A DNA stretch of 61,508 nt, filler included, from Globobulimina sp. (Eukaryota): the NCBI GenBank assembly GCA_003354225.1. It is 12 parts of 12 records of this genome, joined end to end, with 100 filler letters (N's around TTAATTAATTAA, not from the genome) between each part and the next. Parts side by side here need not be neighbours in the genome. Positions count along the whole stretch, not along the records: positions 30,850 to 35,881 come from PIVH01000765.1; positions 35,982 to 41,012 come from PIVH01000766.1; positions 41,113 to 46,141 come from PIVH01000767.1; 9 more parts are not named here. The stretch is one strand, 5' to 3'. Below are positions 33,087 to 46,241 of the stretch, one piece after another. The notes under the pieces were generated by a model, which searched no databases, was not told where the DNA came from, and worked only from the letters and a program-made list of their open reading frames with translations. Position 1 is the first letter of the stretch. Each line of letters starts with the position of its first letter. The position numbers and the translations under genes are program-made.

Positions 33087-35881
33087 TCACATCCATGCTG
33101 CCCATCCTTGATACATTCGACATAATCGATTATTATCGGTTGCTTCGTCAATCATTGTATCCAATTGTTGTAAGACATCCTTTTGCGTCCAATTATTATT
33201 GCAATTTGAGGATGCATTGTTTTTCAGATTTATTTGTGACTGCAACTTAAATAATGGATAACATCCGGTTAAAATCGATGTTTTCATCTCTAAATCGGAC
33301 TGTTTATCGCAATGATTTGAACCAACACATTTTACTTTTTTAATCTGATCAAATTCTTCAATCGTATTATAATGCGATGACTTATGAATATTATGTTGTG
33401 TCCCATTCAATTTATACGCCATATACTGCACAATTTCATAGCCATGTTTTGACCTTTCCTCATTTATTACACTCACAATGTTGCCAACATCCATAGTCAC
33501 AAAATACGACAACAGTCCATTGTGATATTTATCATTATAATGCTCGTCCTCTTCATCATCATTGTCGACATCATTCGGTGTTATTTCAGCCATAGAATTT
33601 GTGTTTGCCTCTCGCTCCGATATTTTATTTAATTTTGTAAACGGAGATAACTGCGAAATTAAGTCATGTTTTAATACGGAGGATATTGCAATTTGTAAGT
33701 TATCCAATTCAATCTGCAGATTTATGCTGCGATATATCAGGGTATTAATATTATTGTTGTTATTGCGCAATTTCTCATAAATACTGCTATCACATTGTAA
33801 CATTTCACTGATCCGATGTTGTAATGATAGCAATGTCTGATTGGAATTGGCATTTTCATTCTTTTTTTCTTGCGACTTTGCCAAAATAAATGATTTAATC
33901 ACTTCCAAGTCTTGTTGCATAATTTTATAATTTTTCTGCAATCGTTGGCAGATTAGATACAATGCAGAATGCGGTGAGACATATTTCAAAACTAATTCCA
34001 ACATTGGATTGATATGACCATATTTCTCATTTAACGAAGATAACAATGCATTAAACTCAATGTTGTAACTATTATAATTTAGAATTTTATTCTTATTCTT
34101 ATTTTTATTGCAATTGCCGTCCAAAATCATTTGGCCATATTCTAAGTGAAAAGCAGTGAAAAATTCGCATGATCTCCGACTTAATTCCAACGCATAAATT
34201 CTATTCAATATTAAGCCAAATTTATTATAATTATTTATCATTAATAAATGTATATTTCTTCGACTTTGTATTTCCTGCATTGATTTGCTGATAATTTCTT
34301 CCATTTCTTTAATTTTGTTTTCTTTTTTTCGTTTTTTATTAAATGGAGATTTGCTTCTTTTTAAATTTCTGGCCGTCATGGCACTGGCACTCATTTCTGG
34401 CGTTGTTTCCATATTATTCTCATCATTAATATTATTCTCATTATCTTGCAATTGCGCACTTTCTTTATTTTCATCCTCATCCAAATATTCCTCGTGTTCA
34501 TCATCATCGTCCTCCTCTTCTTCCTCTTCATCCTCGTCCTCTTTATTTATATTATTTAGATTATTATCTTTATTTGGATACAAATCGCCGCTCCACTCTT
34601 CCATTGTTGTTACCAATTCGTCTTCAAATGTCATATAAGAATAATGCGTACTTTTTAAGGTACTCAAAATGTTCGAAAATTCATTATTTAAATAGGATAA
34701 ATACGGTAATAAACATTTTGCATTTATGTTTTTCATCGAATATAAGTCAGAAATACACCAATTTGGTTCATTTAACAATTTGAATAATTCTGGATCAATA
34801 TATTTCTCCTCATTATTCTCATTATTCTCATTTGGAAATAGCCATTTAACGCAAATTAAGCATTTCTTTAACAAATCAATGATCCATTTATGATGATATT
34901 GGCCATTTTTGCATTGCATAATCACCGATGATGGTCCTTGATCTTTATATAAATTATTAATCCACGTCGAAATTCTTTGATTTATATCGCTGATGGCTCG
35001 CTGATCATTATTTGGCAATGATTTTTTAATTACATTTAATTTGTCGCGAATCTCGTCATTCGAAAAGCATTTTATTTTGCAATGATTGTTAAACACCGCA
35101 AATAGCGACGATTCAATAATTATTCCTAACAACGCATCAAATAAATTGGCACATAAACCGGCATAAATTGGTAAGCAATTTGTAGTTTTATTGGTTTTAG
35201 TGGAGGATGAATAATATAGCCAATAATCCAAATTATGCAACACGTATTTTGCAACATATCTTATCATTATTGAGCTGGATAAAATATTGTAACAATCACT
35301 TTGGTCATCCATTAATTTATCAATTTTTAACAAAATAATTATACTGCAAATTATCTCCATTCCCTTCTCAATAAATACAAGCGATTCATTATTATTTGCT
35401 AAATTTTTATCAATTACTCGTTGCTGTTTTGTATGCTTTAAACAAGTTATGATTGAATTATGTGCCTTTGTCAACTGATTAAATTCCTCATATATTTGCA
35501 ATAACATTTTAAATACGGATAAAAACGGATATTTTCCATTTTTATTCTCATTCTCCGCATCATTCTCATTGATTTTTTCTTCTCTCTCTTCATTGTCACT
35601 GTCATCAAACGAACATAAAAATTTTAAAGAATCATAGATTTGCGTCCAATGTGAATATAATTCTTTTGTATTAAAACAAGAAAATGACATTGCTTTATTC
35701 GGTTGATTTTGAGTGAATGCAATATCAAAATTACACTTTCTTGAAATCTCCACAATTTCAGCAATAAAACTTTTAAATATATTCATATATTCTTTATTCC
35801 CATCACTTAAATCATAAATATTATCATCATAAACATGCTCATCCTCATCCTCCTCCTCCTCCTCCTCCTCCTCCTCATCAT
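33087..35881 (-). CDS. Large helical acidic/Asn-rich protein of unknown function, 5'-partial
   Basis: Open frame of more than 899 aa; the contig ends in a (GAG)n poly-Glu tract; C-terminus 'LCRMYQGWAAWM'. Confidence 0.75.
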
Positions 35882-36201
35882 NNNNNNNNNNNNNNNNNNN
35901 NNNNNNNNNNNNNNNNNNNNNNNNNTTAATTAATTAANNNNNNNNNNNNNNNNNNNNNNNNNNNNNNNNNNNNNNNNNNNNAAGAGGCAAATCAATCTGA
36001 ACAGACACAACACAGCGAATTTGGTGGTGAATTTGTGCTCTATCCTTCAGGGTTAGAAAATAAGCCTGTCATTGTGGCATAAAATTCACGAACAGCCATA
36101 ATTATGGACCAAGAAATTATTCATGGCGCCGCTACATATCATATCTCCGCACACAATTCCCTGTGCGCACAAACTTTTATCTGTGCTCAATCTCTGATCT
36201 C

Positions 36202-37134
36202 TCACATACACACACTCATATTCAAATCCAATCCATCCTTAAACACAGCCATGCAATACCGCAAAGGCACCTCATTTCTATACCCAATGGCTTCAATCAA
36301 ATATTCCGATTTGCATTCCATTTCAGCATAGATTAGTTTGACCCATTTCGGTATCACTTCCTTGTCGTTACTGTACAAATATATTATATTATCTTTGTTG
36401 GCATACATGGCATCGATCACTGTGCACTCTCGCCATAATTTGCGAGGAATTTCGTGACTAAATAAGTACACTCCATCCTCTATCTTTACGTGTTTGGATA
36501 CAAATATTATTTTGGAAATTCCGAACGTATTTAATATGTATTTCTGTACCTTAAATCCCGCTGTTTTCAGTGTCAAATCCAGCAATGTTTTGTCATATTC
36601 GTCGACAGAATATAACACCTATTCGTCGACTGAAATGTGTGCATTGTCGTTATATTTTTCGAAGAGCTCAATCTGCAAAACACCGCAGTCTGAGTGTGAC
36701 TGCCCCAAAGGCATAGCAATAAACTGTTCCATCTTTCCACTGTCGACATACGTAATCCCATTAATATTCGACATTTGCGACAAAATCTCACAATTTATAG
36801 GTTTTGACACAAACCGCTCCGGTTTCCATTCTTTGCCATTCATTGCATTGACTTTGTCCATTCCCACTTTCAAAGCATACCAGTATTGTTTGTGTTTCAC
36901 ACATTTGACACTCACTGTCAGTGCTTCTCTTTGCCACAGTGGAATGAGTAAACCATTGCGTTTCCTCCAATGCTTAGGTATGCTACGAATGTAATCATTG
37001 ATTTCAAACACAACCAATGCGCCCAATATCGGCATTCGAATCTGATTTGCATTTATGTTTCGCAATGTTTTATTGAATTCAATGCGGACACTGTCATCAA
37101 TGATTAATTGATTGGAGTGCACACAGGTCTGCAA
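36202..37134 (-). pseudogene. Member of the 'QREA...KVNA...QFIAMPLG...LQIE' conserved hypothetical family, interrupted by an in-frame TAG
   Basis: Family motifs recalled from fungal/protist hypothetical proteins that often carry a ubiquitin-like domain. Two same-frame ORFs are split by TAG 36619-36621, created by a 24-nt insertion. Confidence 0.55.
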
Positions 37135-38542
37135 ACTGCCCTTCTGCTACGCATGTGCCTTTATATTGTTTTTTGTTTTTATTTTTACCTTTGCAAAAGG
37201 GACAATTCGTATACACATCAAAACATTCATTCAATATACAGGCAATGATTGCGAGAGAGATTAATGGCCAAAGGAATGATCGATATCTCAGTCAATATCA
37301 AACTCGGAATAATATTTTAAATGACCAAAACAAACACAAAGGCACAAAATCAATTAAACAATGCGTTCCAACACAATCCAAATGGTTATTGTACAACACA
37401 TTCAATCGATATAATTTTGCAAAAGACACACATAAAAAACGGACAAAAAGTGATGATTTACAAATGAAATTTGAAAGCAATTGAACCAAAGTGAATCACC
37501 AACAATTAAATCCAATGAATTCCAGTGCATTCAATCATTCAATAAATATTTGTAGAACTCGCAATGAATATGTTTTCGAAGTTTGAAATTAAAATAATAA
37601 CTCCAAATGTTTTCGGAGAAGATAATATTATTTATTTATTTATTTTTAACAATCTTTCCGCTGTTTTAATTGTGTCATTTGTGTTTTAATTTATTTCTAT
37701 TTTTATCACTGCTGTTTTGTACTTTTGCATTGCAATGTTTGTGTGGTTTATTCAACGAATTAATTTGAGCGGTTCGATTCAACGATTTATGTTTGATGAT
37801 ACTATTGACTATTTTAAAAACACTGACAAAATCCGAAAAGTTTTTTTAAAATGACTTTCTGACATCAAGTTCTGCTGCTGACCGAATTATTAAGTATTAA
37901 ATATTATTTACTACAAAAAAGAAGAGAAGCGATAAGACTTTGTTTTGCGGATTTGTTTCTCGACCGCTTTTTTATAACATTAAATTAATATTTTCGAGCA
38001 TTTACCTTGCTCTTCCTTGGAAATAAGTGTTAATAAGGAATGATTTTGACGCAATTTTATATCAAATGTATTTCTCTTCTTTTTCCATACAGCCTTCGTT
38101 AGCTATGATTTGTACCCAAATTTTATTCTTGGAAAATATCTATGGGAAACGTAGATCAAAAATTCATTTACTGCACTATCTATTTGATGTGAAAGTGATT
38201 AGTGATAAGATCTGAAGCAATATTTCTTGTCTGTGTGGATTGCTGTCTCATTTTATTTTCGTATCTGTGCTCTCTGCCAGTGCTGTATATATAATATCTT
38301 TTCATGATGGCTTGTTTTGCATACAAAATAACACAAAGTGAATCTACATGCAAGATTTAGGCAATGATTGCGGCTCATCCTCAATTGACCATAATATTTA
38401 TGGTAGAATGAGTTTGATAAGAGATAGATACTCACAGTCACATGTCCAGTTTATCAATTCAATCAAGATAAAAGAAAAATACACTATAATGTACACACGG
38501 TGAAAACTATAATTTACACAACAACAATAAAAAATATTCAAT

Positions 38543-40159
38543 CTAAAATTTGTTCTTCAACCACACAAATCCTAAAATCGCAGCAAATATAACACGCTTT
38601 GGCAGTATCCACCAAAAAGCAAGCAGGAAATCTGTCAATTTCACTTCAACCTCATAAATGACAATGTCATTGTCTGTGTTGTTATGTGTGTGCAATATTT
38701 CATTCACACATCGCTTTGCTGACTGCATTGCTCCTTCAGCACAAACTAATTGTATTTTATGGTACATCCAATCACCAGAAATGAACATATTCTTTAATCT
38801 TTGTGATTTTCTTGGTCTGATTTTTGAACCATTCACGACTGCAACTGCCAATGGGTACTCATTAATACCATTCGCTAAATCAACTCCTGGATCGACAAAA
38901 TATTTGACTACGTCGTTTGGATCTATTTGTACTTTGCCAAACATGTGAACGGAATGCAGAATCTCTTCAGTTATTTCAATTTCAGTTGATTGTTTTGCTG
39001 TTTTATTGCGCGTTAAACCATATTCGTCCCAGTTGGATATAATAAATGATAATATTTCATCATATTCACCTTTTGATTCCTCTGTAATATTTAACGACCA
39101 CGCATGCTGCATTGGAACCATTGTGATTTTCCATGGTGAATCTGCGAAAGCATATGCTGGAGAAAATTCATATTTTGCACTTTTAATAAAAATAAAAACA
39201 CCATTCATCCAATTTGTTGTGATTTTTTCAATACTTTTTAATTTCTGGTCATGTTGATATAATAAACTTGTTTGTGCCAAGATATCCAATTGTTCCACAG
39301 GAATTGCAAACACATAGTCATCAAATACAAGTTTTTCACCACTGGATGTCAAAATGTCCATTACTGTTTCATCAGTGTTGTTTATAGTCATGTTTACGAT
39401 TTGAGTATTCAATAGAATATTGACATCTAATTCTGTTTCAAGATAATGGAGCCATGGATCAATCATCACTTCATGTGCTGGTCCATTTAACATTCTAAAG
39501 ACAGCCATTACTTTATACTTAATTGGAGCTAATGCCATCGCAGATAAGTAAGTGAAGGATGCATCGAATGAATGTTCACTCCCAGAACCCGCTGAACCCA
39601 CCATTGATGAATTACTTCCCTTCTCAACGAATCTCTCATTCCCATATCTATAAAATCCGTCACTCACTGATAATGAATCGTAATAATCACTGTCTGTAGG
39701 TGTGATGAGTCATTCTGACCACATTATTAATAAACGCAATATGTGCGACCATGACCATTGATTAAAAATATGATCGATATCGTAGAATAATCGATATATT
39801 CCGGAAGGAATATGCGTTGAATGATCGTAAATTGACACATTTGTGTCATACATTGGGATTTGTGAGAGTATCTCAAAGAAATTCTCATAAAATAAACCAA
39901 ATAAATGAAATCCATGTTCAATGTGATATTTATTCTCCATCTTCCAACTTTTAAATTTACCACCCATTCGATCTGTTTTTTCCAATATTGTGATATTATA
40001 ACACGGATCTTTGGTCTTTAGCAACATTGAAATGGTCATTCCAGAAATGCCTCCGCCAATTATCGCAATTTGTGTCATTTCTGTTTGGTTGCATGAGCGA
40101 GCTTTTGCTATTCCAATGTGTAAAACAAATATTCCAATTAAAATTAAACTGGAAATCAT
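38543..40159 (-). CDS. Secreted or membrane-anchored FAD-dependent oxidoreductase (amine oxidase/carotene desaturase-like) with one in-frame TGA
   Basis: Signal peptide, 'IAIIGGGISG', 'LEKTDRMGGK', 'IEHGFHLF', 'NMFISGDW', 'EGAMQSAK'. Two ORFs in the same frame split by TGA 39710-39712. Confidence 0.75.
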
Positions 40160-40329
40160 TCCTTAATCTTTGGTGTGAAATTAATTAAACCTTTTTCTGT
40201 TTCTGTTTGTGTACTGTTGAAACTTTAAGAAAGGAAGGAATGACACTTTTGTAGCAGATTTAGATAATTATTCTACTTTTGTAGCAGATTCCGAAATTCA
40301 TAATTCAACGTACATCTCAGCTGCATAAT

Positions 40330-40700
40330 TAAATGCAGCAAAATTAGATTCAGTGATAAAGCAAATTGAGAAATTAAATCAGACCGTAAAGGCAATACAA
40401 CGCGATTTCAATGATTTAAAATTGAGAATGGAATTTAGAAGAAGAAAAAAATGCATATATGATGATAGAATTGATAAATTGGAACAAACTGTGAATAAAT
40501 TATCATTAAATAGTAATATCAATCCAGAACAACAAAAATTAAAATTATGATTTATTCATTGAGAATGGCATTGAAGATTTATCGACAGTTTCTTTGTTAA
40601 CTATGGATTCAATCAAAAGTATGGGTGTCGATAAATTATTACATCAAATTGATGCGCTTAAAGGCATGAATGATAATAATAATAATAATAATATAAAGTT
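40330..40700 (+). pseudogene. Coiled-coil plus SAM-domain gene remnant
   Basis: 'IDKLEQTVNKL...NPEQQKLKL*' then 'LLTMDSIKSMGVDKL' in another frame, with stops and deletions. Confidence 0.4.
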
Positions 40701-41349
40701 GCCAATGAAGGAGGACGGGGACCAACTGCTTATATTTGAATGTTATTTGAAGTGTAAACCTAAAAAGTCAATGTTTGTATAATACACAAAAGGCCACGAA
40801 ATTAAGACTGATTATTTATGGAAACATCATATTGAAAAAGGACTGTCAAACAAAAAAGGTATCGATCTCATCTGATTGTTATGGTAAATCATCGTTTGCT
40901 TTGTTAGTATTTTGAAGATCATCATTTAATTCTTCTAATAACATTTCGAAATTCTGTTCAGTGTCAGAATCAACTTCGACATGTTCTAAATCCAATCCAT
41001 CTGCATACTGTTNNNNNNNNNNNNNNNNNNNNNNNNNNNNNNNNNNNNNNNNNNNNTTAATTAATTAANNNNNNNNNNNNNNNNNNNNNNNNNNNNNNNN
41101 NNNNNNNNNNNNTTCCATAGCATTTGTGTTGATCTCTTGTGCCATTGTTTCGTGGCAGAGTAGTTTGCAACTATTTCATTCGCAAAGCCAAACTACAATA
41201 ATCATTTGGTGAAATAGTGAGTCAAATAGTAATATTTGTCATTTATTAGTGTTCAACATATTGTTTAATTTTAATATTACAAACACATACAAAAGAAACA
41301 ATTAACAGACAAAACAAACACAACCAACCAAACAAAAAGGATAAAATAA

Positions 41350-44300
41350 TTAATTGATTTGTACGTTTGTTGAATTGATATCGACCAAGCCAACATATTC
41401 GATTTTATCATCAATTTTCTTTGGTTTACATGCAGTTAACAATTTCATCCACCTTGTTTTTATCAACCATATTAAAGAGAAAAATATTTGATATAAGGAT
41501 GGAAATGCTAAGAATAAGAAAAATGCGACGTGCCCTTTCCGAGTGCTATATTGTACCAGCAATGCAATGATAATATCCAACATTATGGTACCCACTAATA
41601 TTTTAATTGTAGTGTTTTTTGGATTATTTCTTTTATGATTATGTAGTGGTTCTGTATCTGGTCTCGTACCCCATGATAAATCGTGCGTATTCGCAATGGC
41701 ATTGATAAAGAAAAATGTAACATAAAATGAGGAATACATAAAATAATGAAAACCTGTGCTTAATAAAATCTTTAAGGTTTTTAAATCTTTGCTAACCAAC
41801 GGTGCCAACACGAATGACTGCATAAAGAATACCAAAGGAATAATAATAACGGTTAGATTGAGTATATTCACTATGTTGTTATCAGTGTCTATATTATCGC
41901 TTGCTTGCCGTGGTCCGAATATCTTTATAATTTGTACCATCACACCAACCAATGTTAATGCGCCAAATATGTAGGACATTTTCAGCGTCATTGCTACGAC
42001 CGCTTGTTTTAACTTTGGCCGTATGTCACTCTGTACGATATAAATAAATATCAGATATATGAGCCAGGCAAACACAGTGAATACGATTGACAGCGACTGG
42101 ATGGCTGCTTGCTTTGTGCCATCTTTCTGAACATCAATGAGTATTTCATCCAATACACACGACAAACCATACTCAAATGATATGAAAAATATCAACGGCG
42201 GGGATAATAATATGAGGAAGTACATTAATAACTGCATGTAACAGAGTGATAACACATAATATCTTCGAAATAAAGGCACATTCCATCTGGCAAAGGATAT
42301 CTTGCGTAGTAGAAATAAAACCGCAGCAATACTGCCATTCAGCCATCGTCTCCTTTGTTTCATTAATTGTGTTAAATTCGGCATTGGGTCAAAATAGAAT
42401 ATACATTCAATTATCAATGAATGTCGAACTGATTCATCGCAATTCAACACCGACGATAATGTCAATATTCTATCTTCTGCCAATTTCATATTCCCCAAAA
42501 CTAAATCGACATTGTCCGGATCATTCTTTTCATTTATTTTATCAAAATACCAGCCTCTCACTTGGTCTTTTAACAGATATCTGGATCGGTAGAAGCCGCA
42601 CGGCCCGGGTATGACCGGTAAGAAACCGCCCAATAAATAACAGCCAATGGTACCATATAACGCCTCAAATTCGAACATTTGACATGACCGCAAATGTGCA
42701 TTCAGAGTTAATCGCCGATCAAATTCAGTATCTTCTATCTTATATGACACATAATCGCCATTGCTGTCATCTGGCTTCGTTAAATCAATTGGTTCGTAAT
42801 CTTCATTTTTAAATACATTATTTTCCCACCACTTTTTATCATTATTTCCCCACTTTTTATCATCATTTTCTTTAATTTTTTGACTGATCTCTTGAGAGTC
42901 TGCAGCTGCTATATAACCAACAGAAGGATATTTTGAGCTGTCTTCATCATCGATATCCGAAACATAATATTTTGAACTTAAAATGTCGACGTCTTCATTA
43001 TCATCTTGTGCCAATTGGGAGTTTTGTGTGAAATCAGCAGACGGATATATTGAGCTTTCGTGATAAGAAATATATTTTGAACTTGAAAGGTCGACGTCTT
43101 CATTTTCATTGTTTGGATGATCATCATTTTCTGCTTTTTCTTCATCAGCATCTTCGGAAACACCCGTTTCGCGCAGAAAACTCTCAAAATCCAGTTCCTG
43201 CTCAACTGTATACACTCTGCCTCTGCCAGTACAACATACAACATCTTCATTCTTTTTTTCTTTCATATGCATCATCATTTGATATAAAGCTTCTTTATTC
43301 ATCGTCGAATATGCGTCCGTAAAAAACATGTAATCACATTTGCACCACTCAGCAAATCCATATTTCCCTAAAAACCATTCATGCGAATTCCCCTTTTTCC
43401 TGTTATCAATTTTAATGATGGTGGTTACTTTCAAAAATAATTTTTTGTTATCATTATTAAACGGATTGATACATAGTTTCTTGTTAAATTTCGTTTGTAA
43501 TATAACAGTTTCATGTTCATTTTTCTCTTTATCTTTCTCTGAATAATCAAAATCACATTCCCTGCAATTATATAATTTCGCTAAATATCTTTTTGTCGAT
43601 AGATCAGCTTTGAACCAACCATCACCGACTAACAATACATTAAAATGCGTAAATTTATATCTTGATTCTTTCTTTTTAATATAATCGAAATTATAATATA
43701 GCGATCGCAGCGTCGCATGTATTTCCGTGGCGCTCTCATTATAAAAGGGCACAATCGCTGCAATGCTATCTGTTACCCGATCTGTGTCATGCTCGTCGGT
43801 GCCAATAATGAATTCATTGAAATATTTTTTCCTGTTTTCTCTCCGTGGTTTAAAATCTGGAAATATTTTCATTACAGATTTAATTCTTTCGTTTGGATTT
43901 ATGCAATTCATAAATGCAAACTCTTTCATTTCACACTGTGACATATTTGCAGTTACACCTTGATTGGGTTCGGCCGATGGAGCGGATTTGAATAAGTTTA
44001 ATAAGCCAGTAATGCGTTGCGCATTTTTCGCCGCATTGTTCCGAATCGCTTCAATCATTTCAAATTTTTCTACATTGATATCAAAACTCGGTCGTCTTTT
44101 GATGTGATGTCCCACATGTTTCTGAATCACTTTTCTTGGCGGTTTGATAAATATTTCGCAGCAATATAACAAACTCAATGCTGTTAATAATAAGTAATAA
44201 TAAAGAATTCTGTACGTGTCATTATTAAATTCATCCAAATGAATTTCGTCTTTTATCATAGTGATGGTTCCATAGCTTAAGGCTGAGCATGTAATGCTTT

Positions 44301-44961
44301 TCAAAAATAAACCAGAATTGTAACGTTTTAATAAATAAAAAATATGCCTGGATATTAAAATGGATGTCGCCAAACAAATTGGTAAACACGAAAATAATAT
44401 GTTGGAGGGCGGTATTTTCGGAGATAATGTAATAACGTCCATTGCCAATATCAATCGCATGAATGGTGTGGTAAATAATAGGAACGAAAAGATCATCAAT
44501 TTTGTTGCCTGTGTTAATTTGTGAAAGAAATGAATTAAAATTGCCAAATATAATGGAAGCAACGCATAAATCAATTCAAATTCCCAGCAAAGGTATTTTT
44601 TATTGCCCTGATCTTCCAGCAATAATCCGAAGATTAAGGATGCTGCGTATCCGCAGGCACCAAAATAAAATGGAAACGCCGCTAAACTCCGATAGGGTGT
44701 GGACAGTATTTTAATTTTGAGGCCGCACAATGTAATAGTTATCATCAGCAGACATGAAATAAATAGCCAAATGCATGAGATTAGATACGTGATTTGCCAT
44801 ATTTGTAAGTGTTGCTGTCCATAGAGGATTGGTTGTAATTCTTGTACAGGTCGTCCATTGAGGATGGATTGTAAAAGGGAGACGAAGTTAACGCAATAGC
44901 CCATGCCCGCAACAATTGAGATTACACAGATTCTCATTATATCGCGTGTGGTGTCTCGCAT
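41350..44961 (-). CDS. CHS: Chitin synthase (GT2)
   Basis: 'PFYNE', 'KIDNRKKGNSH', 'QMFEF', 'PVIPGP', 'LAEDR', 'QRRRW', 'THDLSWGTR'; intronless, 1203 aa, with an N-terminal multi-TM region. Confidence 0.92.
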   Translation of the reverse strand: MRDTTRDIMRICVISIVAGMGYCVNFVSLLQSILNGRPVQELQPILYGQQHLQIWQITYLISCIWLFISCLLMITITLCGLKIKILSTPYRSLAAFPFYFGACGYAASLIFGLLLEDQGNKKYLCWEFELIYALLPLYLAILIHFFHKLTQATKLMIFSFLLFTTPFMRLILAMDVITLSPKIPPSNILFSCLPICLATSILISRHIFYLLKRYNSGLFLKSITCSALSYGTITMIKDEIHLDEFNNDTYRILYYYLLLTALSLLYCCEIFIKPPRKVIQKHVGHHIKRRPSFDINVEKFEMIEAIRNNAAKNAQRITGLLNLFKSAPSAEPNQGVTANMSQCEMKEFAFMNCINPNERIKSVMKIFPDFKPRRENRKKYFNEFIIGTDEHDTDRVTDSIAAIVPFYNESATEIHATLRSLYYNFDYIKKKESRYKFTHFNVLLVGDGWFKADLSTKRYLAKLYNCRECDFDYSEKDKEKNEHETVILQTKFNKKLCINPFNNDNKKLFLKVTTIIKIDNRKKGNSHEWFLGKYGFAEWCKCDYMFFTDAYSTMNKEALYQMMMHMKEKKNEDVVCCTGRGRVYTVEQELDFESFLRETGVSEDADEEKAENDDHPNNENEDVDLSSSKYISYHESSIYPSADFTQNSQLAQDDNEDVDILSSKYYVSDIDDEDSSKYPSVGYIAAADSQEISQKIKENDDKKWGNNDKKWWENNVFKNEDYEPIDLTKPDDSNGDYVSYKIEDTEFDRRLTLNAHLRSCQMFEFEALYGTIGCYLLGGFLPVIPGPCGFYRSRYLLKDQVRGWYFDKINEKNDPDNVDLVLGNMKLAEDRILTLSSVLNCDESVRHSLIIECIFYFDPMPNLTQLMKQRRRWLNGSIAAVLFLLRKISFARWNVPLFRRYYVLSLCYMQLLMYFLILLSPPLIFFISFEYGLSCVLDEILIDVQKDGTKQAAIQSLSIVFTVFAWLIYLIFIYIVQSDIRPKLKQAVVAMTLKMSYIFGALTLVGVMVQIIKIFGPRQASDNIDTDNNIVNILNLTVIIIPLVFFMQSFVLAPLVSKDLKTLKILLSTGFHYFMYSSFYVTFFFINAIANTHDLSWGTRPDTEPLHNHKRNNPKNTTIKILVGTIMLDIIIALLVQYSTRKGHVAFFLFLAFPSLYQIFFSLIWLIKTRWMKLLTACKPKKIDDKIEYVGLVDINSTNVQIN

Positions 44962-45214
44962 TTTGATGTAGGTTGTTGTAGATGTGCGAAGAAGAGAAGT
45001 TTAAAAATCTAAATTTGGAGTATATTAATAGAATAAATGTGTTAAAAATATCATAATCCTAATTATGGAATAATGGTATAAAGTTATCATAATCCCAATT
45101 GTTAGTAATTTAGCATCCGCCATTGGCCATTATCATAAATGTTATTTTCATCTGTTTCAAAAACATAAAAACTCCAAACTAGTCCTAGTCTTCGATATTT
45201 AGAAAGTTTGGCTC

Positions 45215-46024
45215 ATGGCGTTTAAACTGCAGCATCCACCAGTCATCAAATTGCTGACATTGGGAGATAGCGGAGGAGGCAAAAGTTCATTGCTCCTCAG
45301 GTACACAGACGACCAGTTTTCCGATGAATTTGTAACTACCATTGGTACGTAGCCATTCTATATTTGATTTTAATAATAATGAAATAAAATAAATGATAAA
45401 AAAAAGGAATGGATTTTCGATTTAAAAGAGTGTTAATCGGCGACAAAGCCGTCAAAGTACAGATATGGGACACCGCCGGACAGGAAAGATTCAGAACTAT
45501 CACACAAAATTATTACCGCGGAGCACATGGCATAATATTGGTTTGTTCCGTTGACGATCCTCAGTCAAAACTGAATGCCAAGCGATGGCTGCAAGATGTT
45601 CGCAAAATAATTCAGGCAGACAACTTTAATGCAATATTGGTTATGAATAAATGCGACCTCACCCACAGTAAAGTTAATTAATTATGTGTATCTATAACAG
45701 ATATAATTAATATATAAAACAAAACAGGAGGAAGCTCAAAACGAAGCAGAGGAAATAGCGAATGAGTTGGGCATTCCTTATGCATTGACGTCCGCAAAAG
45801 AGGACAGCGGAGTAAATGAAGCATTCACCAAATTGATTAAATTAGTTTATGACAGATTGTATGGGAATATTCCACAACAAATGATACAGCCAACAAATCA
45901 GAACAGTGGATGGTTCAAAGGCTGGTTTGGTCAAAACACTGACGCAAATACTAACGAAGTGAATGTTGTAAACCTTAATAACGCGGTCGGTTCAAACAAT
46001 GATAAGACCAATAAATGTTGTTAA
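45215..46024 (+). CDS. Rab GTPase (Rab8/Rab1-like), 3 exons
   Basis: [39 protein letters not shown], terminal CC; introns 45345-45406 and 45673-45727. Confidence 0.93.
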
Positions 46025-46241
46025 AACGCCATGAATTTAATTTAAATTAAAATGTATTAATTGTTGCTCGGTCTATTATTTAAATTTTTTAATTTGCTCT
46101 TCATTGCGCTTTTAAAGGAACTACAATTACTACATCTGTAANNNNNNNNNNNNNNNNNNNNNNNNNNNNNNNNNNNNNNNNNNNNTTAATTAATTAANNN
46201 NNNNNNNNNNNNNNNNNNNNNNNNNNNNNNNNNNNNNNNNN

